From: Pseudomonadales bacterium
Lineage (GTDB): Bacteria > Pseudomonadota > Gammaproteobacteria > Pseudomonadales > Azotimanducaceae
Length of the DNA: 64,000 nucleotides
Assembly: GCA_963691775.1 (NCBI GenBank)
Contig: OY829369.1
Coordinates: 2,044,480 to 2,108,479 of the forward strand
Reading direction: 5' to 3'
This document shows, in pieces, positions 57,066 through 64,000 of the stretch. The notes under the pieces were generated by a model. It searched no databases, was not told where the DNA came from, and was given only the letters and a program-made list of their open reading frames with translations. A program made the position numbers and the translations under genes. Position 1 is the first letter of the stretch, and every line of letters starts with the position of its first letter.

Positions 57066-58367
57066 TCAATCCACAAGCGCGGCGTTGGTCATGGACCGGA
57101 GCTGATTGCGGAACGGCCACGGCGAACCCATGAGCTGGATCATGCCGACGACGGCGATGTCCTCGACCGGATCGATCCAGAAGATCGTGCCGGCCGCACC
57201 GCCCCAGCTGAACTCGCCCTCGGAGGCGAGCACGCCCAATTGCTGCGGGCTGGTGATGATGCCGAAGCCGAGACCGAACCCGAAGCCCCCGGGGTAGCGC
57301 GTGCCGAGCTGTACCGTCGGCGCCTCGCCCGAGCCGGCTGCCGGCATGACAAGGTGATCGGACGCCATGAACTCCACCGTCTTCCGGCCGAGCAGGCGCA
57401 CCCCATCCAGTTCGCCGCCGCCGCGCAGCATCTCCGCAAAACGCTGATAGTCGCGGATCGTCGAGAAGAGGCCCTCGCCGCCCGCAGGGAAGCCCATTCC
57501 GTCGGCGCTGACGTGAAGCGGCCCCTCGTCGATCGGCACGAGCACGCCGCGCTCCGCGCTCCAGACGTGATTGCGCACGAGGCGATCACGCTTGTTCTCG
57601 GGCACGCGGAAGAAGGTGTCGCGCATATCGAGCGGCTTGAAGATGCGCTCGGCGAAGAACTGCTCGAGCGGCACGCCGGCCGCGCGTTCCACGAGCGCCC
57701 CGAGCAGCGCGGAGGCAAGGCTGTAGCGCCACTGCTCTCCGGGATGGTCGACGAGCGGAATGCCCGCCATCTTCGCAACGAAGCTGTCCATGTCCGGCGA
57801 CGCGAATACGTTCGCCCTGCGAATCATCTGGTCGACGGGATGGGGCGTGAACACATAACCCACCCCGGCGGTGTGCGTGAGCAATTGCGCAATCGTCGGC
57901 ATGGACGCTGCGTCGACGGTACCGTCCTCTCCGTAGACCTGAGCACCCTCGAACTCGGGGAGAAAGCGAGTGATCGGATCCGTGAGCTGGAACACGCCCT
58001 CCTCGTAGAGCATGAGCGCTGCCACCGAGGTGATCGGCTTCGTCATCGAATAGATGCGCCAGATCGCGTCCTCGGGCAGCGCGCGATCGTCGTCCGCCCC
58101 CATGGTGCCACTGCGGAAGCGATGCGCTTCCAGGCCGCCCCGGTCGATGCGGACCTGGATGCCCGCGAGACGACCGGAATCGACATAGTCCTGGAGCAGG
58201 GCGTCGATCCGCGCGAGGCGCTCAGCCGAAAAGCCGACCGCCTCGGGCGCCGTACGCGGCACCTCGGCGGCGAGCGCCGCTACGGAGAACGTCGCGGACG
58301 CGACCGCAAAGGCAGTTGCCGCGAGCAGACGGCCCGCGGCGCGCCGAACGAGGTGCCGCGCGATCAC
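57066..58367 (-). CDS. class-C beta-lactamase-fold serine hydrolase (esterase/penicillin-binding family), secreted
   Basis: 433 aa. Signal-like LLAATAFAVASATFSVAALA and SxxK motif IYSMTKPITS. Its GTG start overlaps the upstream stop (GTGA). Confidence 0.85.
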   Translation of the reverse strand: MIARHLVRRAAGRLLAATAFAVASATFSVAALAAEVPRTAPEAVGFSAERLARIDALLQDYVDSGRLAGIQVRIDRGGLEAHRFRSGTMGADDDRALPEDAIWRIYSMTKPITSVAALMLYEEGVFQLTDPITRFLPEFEGAQVYGEDGTVDAASMPTIAQLLTHTAGVGYVFTPHPVDQMIRRANVFASPDMDSFVAKMAGIPLVDHPGEQWRYSLASALLGALVERAAGVPLEQFFAERIFKPLDMRDTFFRVPENKRDRLVRNHVWSAERGVLVPIDEGPLHVSADGMGFPAGGEGLFSTIRDYQRFAEMLRGGGELDGVRLLGRKTVEFMASDHLVMPAAGSGEAPTVQLGTRYPGGFGFGLGFGIITSPQQLGVLASEGEFSWGGAAGTIFWIDPVEDIAVVGMIQLMGSPWPFRNQLRSMTNAALVD

Positions 58368-59542
58368 GCTTCGACCTCGAAGGTGAGGCCAGCGTGGGCG
58401 CGCAGACGCTCGATGATCGCCATGCCGTACGCAGGGGCCGGGGTATACACCCCGCCCGGCACGTCCGCGGCTTCATCGGTCAGGCAGAGCGCACATTCGG
58501 CGATCATCTTCGACGTTGAGCCATAGCCCGGGTCCATATCGCCGGTCACGCCAACCTTGAGCATCTCGCCGTTCGCGCCTTCGCCGACGACGAGGATGTC
58601 GTAGTCGCCATTTTCGCGTTCTTCCTTGGAGGGACCTTCACCCGGCTTCGGCGAATCATCCGAGGTCGCCATCATGTCCATCCCGGCGATGGCCTCGGCC
58701 ATCTGCTTACCCTGCTCGCCTGCGCCCGTGATCATCATCTCGTCATAGACGAAATCCTCGCCGTAGGCGTGACCCATGAGCATGTTCGAGCGGTGAATGT
58801 TGCGCGTGTTGATCGCCGCCATGACGAAGGGCGCGACCCAGGCGCCGATTGCCGGATCCTCGTGCACCTCGTTCCCGGACGGCTGCTCCGGCCCTTCGAA
58901 ACCGGGCGTCAGCGACCACGGCGTAAGCAGCATCTGCAGAACGCTCGGGTCCTTCATGGCGGCCTCCATCGTGGCCCTGCCGGAGGCGAGCGTACCGCCC
59001 GAGAACGTGCCGTTCATGGCGCGGACGCGCCCCTTCACGCGCGGCAGCGGATGGCCGAACTTCGCCTTTGCCTGCTCCTGAAGAAAGTACACGCCCATAT
59101 CGAAGGGCACGGAGTCGAAGCCGGTGGAGAAGACGATGCGCGCACCCGTCTCCTTAGCGCGCGCCTCGTGCGCATCGATGGCGTGGCGCATGAAGGGGAC
59201 TTCGCCGCAGAGATCCACGTAGTCCGTGCCCGCTTCGGCGCACGCGGCGACAACCTCCGAGCCGTAGAGCTGGTATGGACCGACCGTGGTGAGCACGACG
59301 CGCGCGCGCTCCGCCATGGACTTCACGGACGCAGGATCGGAGGCGTCTGCGACGATCAGCGGCGTATCCGCGGGGGCGCCGATCTCGTCGCGAACTGCAG
59401 CGAGCTTGTCAGCGCTGCGCCCGGCCATCGCCCAGCTCGCCGTCAGACCCGCTGCGCAGCGCGCCGTCAGGTATTCCGCCACGAGGCGGCCCGTGTAGCC
59501 GGTGGCACCGTAAACCACCACATCGAATTCGCGTTCGGACAT
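58364..59542 (-). CDS. saccharopine-dehydrogenase-family NAD(P)-binding protein (trans-acting enoyl-reductase-like)
   Basis: 392 aa. N-terminal Rossmann motif FDVVVYGATGYTGRLVAEYL. Confidence 0.82.
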   Translation of the reverse strand: MSEREFDVVVYGATGYTGRLVAEYLTARCAAGLTASWAMAGRSADKLAAVRDEIGAPADTPLIVADASDPASVKSMAERARVVLTTVGPYQLYGSEVVAACAEAGTDYVDLCGEVPFMRHAIDAHEARAKETGARIVFSTGFDSVPFDMGVYFLQEQAKAKFGHPLPRVKGRVRAMNGTFSGGTLASGRATMEAAMKDPSVLQMLLTPWSLTPGFEGPEQPSGNEVHEDPAIGAWVAPFVMAAINTRNIHRSNMLMGHAYGEDFVYDEMMITGAGEQGKQMAEAIAGMDMMATSDDSPKPGEGPSKEERENGDYDILVVGEGANGEMLKVGVTGDMDPGYGSTSKMIAECALCLTDEAADVPGGVYTPAPAYGMAIIERLRAHAGLTFEVEA

Positions 59543-59920
59543 TCGCTAGAGACCCTTGCGTGCGTGAAGAGGACGCGCACTTTCGCGCGCGCCGCGGCGA
59601 CGCGCAACGCGCAGCGGCGCACGCCACAGACCGAGCAGCCGGGAGCGGCAGGGCCCGTCTCTGCGCCCGGGAGGCAATGGGCGCTTGCCGCGAGGAGAAA
59701 CCTGCGCGCGCCAGACCACATCAGGGCCGCCGAAGTTCTGAGGCTGCACCCTGGTGCCATGCACCCCCTTCGGCTCTGGCGTGGTAGCGTGGCCGCACAC
59801 CCGTCATGCGCCCGCTAGCCACATCGGGAACGGGCGCACCGCCCATGATTCACGAGCCAAGCCGCCCAGGCAGGAAGCCGGGGCCAAGGGCGCAGGGGCG
59901 CCGCGAAGGAGCAACCAAGG

Positions 59921-60331
59921 ATGGATGCCGATCTGGAGTTCAAACTCGATCCCGAACGCGTGTTCATACGCTTCCCCCGCGTCGTCACGACGTCGGCGCT
60001 CATGCAGCCAGCGCGCAAGGCGCAGCGCCATCGCGATCGCTACAACAACGTAGACACGCTGCTCGACCTGTCAGACGTCGAACACTTCCGAATCTCGGCC
60101 GAAGATCTGCGCCTGAGCGCAGGTCGGCATGCGGCCTGGGATCGCACGCACCCGAATGCCCGCGCTCGCGTTGCCATCGTAGCGAACTCACCATTGACCT
60201 TCGGCCTTGCCCGTCAGTTCCAGTCGCGCCGTACTTCGGACACGACCGAAGTCGAGATCTTCGGTCGCCGGCAGGATGCAGAAGCCTGGCTGGACAAAGG
60301 GCGCGTCAAGGCGCCCGCGGAAGCAAGCTGA
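59921..60331 (+). CDS. hypothetical protein (136 aa)
   Basis: GAAGGAG RBS 9 nt upstream. The pattern ...VDTLLDLSDVEHFRISAEDLRL...RVAIVANSPLTFGLARQF...EIFGRRQDAEAWL loosely recalls STAS/SpoIIAA-like folds. No family confidently recognised. Confidence 0.55.
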   Translation: MDADLEFKLDPERVFIRFPRVVTTSALMQPARKAQRHRDRYNNVDTLLDLSDVEHFRISAEDLRLSAGRHAAWDRTHPNARARVAIVANSPLTFGLARQFQSRRTSDTTEVEIFGRRQDAEAWLDKGRVKAPAEAS

Positions 60332-60334
60332 GCG

Positions 60335-61318
60335 TCAATCGACAGGGAAGGGTCCGTCTGCGAAGACCTTTTCGTGATAGCCCTTGCGACCGATCTCGAC
60401 CGCGAGCGGCGAACGCCACTCACCCGTTTCCGCCACCCGCGCGAGCGTCGACGCGAAGTCGTGCCTCGGCGCCCATCCGAGCCGCGCGCGAGCGTGGGCG
60501 TTGTCGTACACCCGGTCGAAGTCGGGCGTGATCGTCCAACCAAGCTCGGCAAGCATCGCCGGTGCATCGGGTACGCGGCGCGCCAACACGTCCGCCGCAC
60601 GGCCGCGAAGATCGGCGACGTCCTCGGGCAGAAAGGGCGTTGTCGCCGTGATGATGAAGCGATCGAAGCCGAGCTCCGGCGCTTTCGCCTTGGCAAGGCG
60701 CACGGCGTCGACGATGTCCTCGATGTCCGCCCGTCGATTGAGAAACTCGACGGTCTTGAGATTCGTGTCCTCGAGTGCAGCGCGCCGATTCTCGTCATCA
60801 TCTATTTCGGGGAAGAAGCGGGAGGTGCGCAGGATCAGGATGGGTAATCCGTCGCGGATGTGCACGAGGGAGCAGATCTCCTCCGCAGCGGTCTTGGTGA
60901 CGCCGTAGATATTGCGCGAAACCGGGCGCAGATCTTCAGTGACCCACACTGCGGGGACGTCCGGGCCGGGCCGCATGGCGCGGCCGAACATGCTCGTCGT
61001 GCTGACGAAGACGAACGCGCCGACGTTCGCGTTGACGGCCGCCTCGAGCAGCGTGAGCGTGCCGGAGATGTTCGCGTCCACGAACTGCTGCCTGCTATGG
61101 GTCACCACGTGCGGCTTGTGCAGCGTCGCGGCGTGCAGCACCGAACGCGCTCCGGCAAGGACGTCCCGGGCAAAGTCGACATCCTCGATCCGACCCACCC
61201 GATCCGTGCACGGTCCCGGACGCATGTCGACGCCGACTACCGCCTCACCGTCCGCGCGCAGGGTCCGCACCAGCGCTTCCCCGAGATGCCCCGTACTCCC
61301 GGTGACGACGGTGGTCAC
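60335..61318 (-). CDS. NAD-dependent epimerase/dehydratase (extended SDR) family protein
   Basis: 327 aa. MTTVVTGSTGHLGEALV Rossmann motif and YGVTKTAAE (YxxxK). Its GTG overlaps the upstream stop (GTGA). Confidence 0.88.
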   Translation of the reverse strand: MTTVVTGSTGHLGEALVRTLRADGEAVVGVDMRPGPCTDRVGRIEDVDFARDVLAGARSVLHAATLHKPHVVTHSRQQFVDANISGTLTLLEAAVNANVGAFVFVSTTSMFGRAMRPGPDVPAVWVTEDLRPVSRNIYGVTKTAAEEICSLVHIRDGLPILILRTSRFFPEIDDDENRRAALEDTNLKTVEFLNRRADIEDIVDAVRLAKAKAPELGFDRFIITATTPFLPEDVADLRGRAADVLARRVPDAPAMLAELGWTITPDFDRVYDNAHARARLGWAPRHDFASTLARVAETGEWRSPLAVEIGRKGYHEKVFADGPFPVD

Positions 61319-62154
61319 GCAGCGATGCCGAGCGCAGCCTTCGGCGTGTCTCCCTCGATTGTCACCCGGTGCATCCGGCGATGCGCCGGGAAGTAGTCGT
61401 TGACGGGCTTGTGCTGCGTCGAGCGGTTGTCCCAGATCGCAAGGGTCTGCGGCGCCCAGCGCAAACGCACCGTGAATTCCGGTTCGGTCAGATGTGCATA
61501 GAGCATCTGGAGAATCGCGCGCGATTCGCGCGCGGTCATGTCCTTGATATGCGTGGTGAAGAGGCTGTTCACGTACAGCGCTTGCTGCCCGCTGACGGGA
61601 TGCAGAGCAACGACGGGATGTTCCACCGGCGGATTCGCTGCGACGGCATCGGCCAAACGCTCAGCCCCCCCTGGCTCCTCGAGTGACTCGCGGAAGCCCT
61701 GGCGGAAGTCGTGAACGGCAACTCGATCCGCAAGCAGCGCGCGCATGGGCTCAGACAGCGCATCCCAGGCGGCGGTCGAACTCGCATAGAGGGTGTCACC
61801 GCCGCTCGGCGGCAGCACCTGCGCGTGCAGCATGGTGATCTTCGGGGGCGCTGAGCGGAACGTCATGTCCGTGTGCCACATCTCGATCTTGGTCGGCTTC
61901 TCAGGCGTGCTCTCGAGGATCGTCACGCCGGGCGCGCCGGGCACAGTGTCGTAGGCCGGGTGCGTCTGGATCGTCCCCAGCCGCGCTGCGAACGCGCTCT
62001 GCTGCGCAGCCGTGATCGCACAGTCGCGGAACACCAGCAGTCCACGGCGCGCAAGCGCCAGCTCGAGATCGGCGAGCGCATCGCCTTCCAGCGACGCCAC
62101 GTCGACGCCATGGACCTCGGAGCCGATGGCCGGCGTCAGGTCGATGAGTTCCAT
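61315..62154 (-). CDS. TauD/TfdA-family Fe(II)/2-oxoglutarate dioxygenase
   Basis: Start re-placed to MELIDLTPAIGSEVHGVDVASL (ATG 62154); 279 aa. WHTDMTF (HxD), IWDNRSTQH and HRRMHRVTI motifs. Confidence 0.88.
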   Translation of the reverse strand: MELIDLTPAIGSEVHGVDVASLEGDALADLELALARRGLLVFRDCAITAAQQSAFAARLGTIQTHPAYDTVPGAPGVTILESTPEKPTKIEMWHTDMTFRSAPPKITMLHAQVLPPSGGDTLYASSTAAWDALSEPMRALLADRVAVHDFRQGFRESLEEPGGAERLADAVAANPPVEHPVVALHPVSGQQALYVNSLFTTHIKDMTARESRAILQMLYAHLTEPEFTVRLRWAPQTLAIWDNRSTQHKPVNDYFPAHRRMHRVTIEGDTPKAALGIAA

Positions 62155-62217
62155 GGCGCGCTCCCCCGGAAGACGTTTAACCCGCCGGATTGTAGTCTCT
62201 CGCCGCCGCGACGCGAG

Positions 62218-62871
62218 ATGGATTCGATGACCGGAGAAGCGAAAGGACATGCAGGCCGCGAGGGCGTGATCCGCTTCCGCTACACGCTCGATGCGCCGCG
62301 CCCGGCGCAGGCGCTGGCGGGCCTGCGCGCGGCACACGCGCGCGGTCTCGCCGAAGGCTGGCTCGGTCGCGACCCGGCACGCTACGAAGGCCTCGCCTAC
62401 GGCAATCTGAGTGAGCGCGCGGGCACCGCCACCGACAACGGATTCTGGGTCACGGCGTCACAGCGCATCGATCAGGCGACGCTCGACGAGAGCGAGATGG
62501 TCTTCGTGGCAGCCGTAGACGATGGCGCGGTGACCGCGTTCGGTTTGCGGCCTCCGTCCTCGGAGACGCTCACGCATGCGGCCGTACATGCCCATGCCCC
62601 TGCCGGGCCGCTCGCTGTGCTCCATGGCCACGCGCCCGCGCTCTGGGCTGCATACGAACGGCTCGACTGGATGACCACACCCCCGCACGCCGCCAACGGC
62701 ACCCGGGCCATCGCCCGTGCGGTAGCCGATTGCGTGCGCGCCGCTCCAGCAGGCGGCGCGCTCGCGATGCTCGGCCATCTGGACGGCATCCTCATCTGGG
62801 GACCCGACTTCCCCGACGTACTTGAGCGACTGACGATCGCGCAAGGCGCGCTCGCGGAGAATCGACCATGA
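62218..62871 (+). CDS. class II aldolase/adducin-domain protein, possible methylthioribulose-1-phosphate dehydratase (MtnB-like)
   Basis: YGNLSER, FWVTASQRI, PSSETLTHAAVH and AVLHGH follow the class II aldolase/MtnB motif order. Start ATG 62218 or 62227. Its stop overlaps the mtnA ATG (ATGA). Confidence 0.6.
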   Translation: MDSMTGEAKGHAGREGVIRFRYTLDAPRPAQALAGLRAAHARGLAEGWLGRDPARYEGLAYGNLSERAGTATDNGFWVTASQRIDQATLDESEMVFVAAVDDGAVTAFGLRPPSSETLTHAAVHAHAPAGPLAVLHGHAPALWAAYERLDWMTTPPHAANGTRAIARAVADCVRAAPAGGALAMLGHLDGILIWGPDFPDVLERLTIAQGALAENRP

Positions 62872-63938
62872 CGTTGATCGACCTGCCCGCCTCACCGCCC
62901 GGCGTTCCGCTTGCAGCGTCCTGGGACGGAACCACTTTCTCCCTCCTCGACCAGCGACGCCTGCCCCACGAAGTTGTGCATGAAGTGCAGGATTCCGGCG
63001 AATCGGTGTTCGCGGCCATCCGCGAGATGCGGGTCCGCGGCGCACCGGCCATCGGCATCGCCGCAGCCTTCGGCCTGGCCCTTGCCATGAAGGATGACGA
63101 CGGCCTTCAGGGCGCAGCATGGCATGCACGCCTCGCCGAACGAGCCGCCTGGCTCGAGACGGCGCGACCCACGGCAGTCAACCTCGCCTGGGCACTGCGC
63201 CGCTGCTGCGCTGCTGCGACGGCTGCAGCGCCGGCAACCGGCGCGGCAGGTCGCGCGGCGCTCCTGCGCGAAGCAGAAGCGATCCTGGCCGAGGACCTGG
63301 CCATCTGTCGCGGCATTGCTGCCGCAGGACTCGATCTGGTGCCCGACGGCGCGCGCGTGCTCACGCACTGCAACGCTGGTTCGCTCGCCGTCTCGGCCTG
63401 GGGTACAGCGACGGCGCCCATCTACGCCGCTGCAGCGGCTGGACGCCGGATAAAAGTATTCGCGGATGAGACGCGCCCGGTACTCCAGGGCGCGCGGCTG
63501 ACGGCGTTCGAACTGCAAACCGCGGGCGTCGACGTCACCCTCATCTCGGACAACATGGCTGCGCACATGATGGCGACGGGTGAAGTCGATCTCGTGATCG
63601 TCGGAACCGATCGGGTGACGGCGAACGGGGACGTGGTCAACAAGATCGGCACCCTTGGCGTCGCCGTGCTGGCACGCCACTTCGACATTCCCTTCTGGGT
63701 CGCCTGCCCGTCCTCGACCTTCGATGCGGACACGGCCACCGGCGCCGACGTCCCGATCGAGGAGCGGTCAGCCGATGAAGTCACCGACATTGCCGGCCAG
63801 CGCGTCGCGCCGGACGGCGTGAAGGTTCGCAATCCTGCATTCGACGTGACGCCGGCTGCGCTCGTGACCGGCATCATCACGGAGCGGGGACGCATCACGG
63901 CGCCACTCGGTGACGGGCTCGCTCAGCTCCTCGGCTGA
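62868..63938 (+). CDS. mtnA: S-methyl-5-thioribose-1-phosphate isomerase
   Basis: 356 aa. RVRGAPAIGIAAAFGL, HCNAGSLA, VGTDRVTANGDVVNKIGTLGVAVLARHFDIPFWVACPSSTFD and NPAFDVTPA are eIF-2B/MtnA family motifs. Confidence 0.9.
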   Translation: MTLIDLPASPPGVPLAASWDGTTFSLLDQRRLPHEVVHEVQDSGESVFAAIREMRVRGAPAIGIAAAFGLALAMKDDDGLQGAAWHARLAERAAWLETARPTAVNLAWALRRCCAAATAAAPATGAAGRAALLREAEAILAEDLAICRGIAAAGLDLVPDGARVLTHCNAGSLAVSAWGTATAPIYAAAAAGRRIKVFADETRPVLQGARLTAFELQTAGVDVTLISDNMAAHMMATGEVDLVIVGTDRVTANGDVVNKIGTLGVAVLARHFDIPFWVACPSSTFDADTATGADVPIEERSADEVTDIAGQRVAPDGVKVRNPAFDVTPAALVTGIITERGRITAPLGDGLAQLLG

Positions 63939-64000
63939 CCGGCGTACCATTCAGTTTCCGAAACCGGAGTACCCGACGTGAGCGACGCATCTTCGGCGGC

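Noticed and set aside
63979-64000. Possible GTG start of the next gene after mtnA (ccggag RBS-like word 8 nt upstream).
   Set aside because: Only 22 nt remain in the window, too little to support a call.

Overview
High-GC (about two-thirds G+C by eye, not computed) proteobacterial chromosomal segment. I can support about 58 protein-coding genes, one riboswitch, three terminator-like hairpins, several short tandem or inverted repeats and one decayed gene. I found no rRNA, tRNA, CRISPR array, transposase, integrase, phage gene or recognisable defence gene.

Gene content falls into three groups:
- Lipid and acyl-CoA metabolism: 3 acyl-CoA dehydrogenases, 2 acyl-CoA ligases, 2 crotonases, a thiolase, a P450, 2 membrane desaturases and CFA-type methyltransferases.
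- Nutrient scavenging: TonB-dependent receptor, GH2 beta-galactosidase, GH20 hexosaminidase, S9 peptidase, PhoD, sulfatase, TauD-family dioxygenase, MtnA and a POT peptide transporter.
- Scattered regulators: AraC/GyrI, TetR and Lrp.

Many gene pairs are translationally coupled through GTGA or ATGA overlaps. Many long ORFs in the six-frame track are GC-rich shadow frames of real genes. Several real genes start well inside the listed ORF, and I re-placed those starts using RBS position and protein N-termini.

Five loci are most worth a second look:
1. A five-gene membrane-lipid modification operon at 19163-24588 (Delta9-type desaturase, FAD oxidoreductase, DUF1365, CFA synthase, second CFA-like methyltransferase). 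Its core matches the UfaM/UfaD/UfaO furan-fatty-acid gene set.
2. A TPP riboswitch at the window start. It heads a TonB-receptor operon that also carries a YkoF-like protein and three genes with no known thiamine role.
3. A 764-aa secreted Asn/Gly-rich beta-helix, LamG and DUF11-like protein built on three 102-bp tandem DNA repeats.
4. A TetR, membrane di-iron desaturase and 65-aa membrane-peptide operon. A pair of 19-bp operator-like sites faces a divergent acyl-CoA dehydrogenase and ADP-ribosylglycohydrolase pair.
5. A GNAT remnant that has no canonical start codon and lies in frame directly behind the thiolase stop codon.

I cannot show from sequence alone that any of these is a truly undescribed system. 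All functional calls rest on motif recognition by eye and need homology searches.
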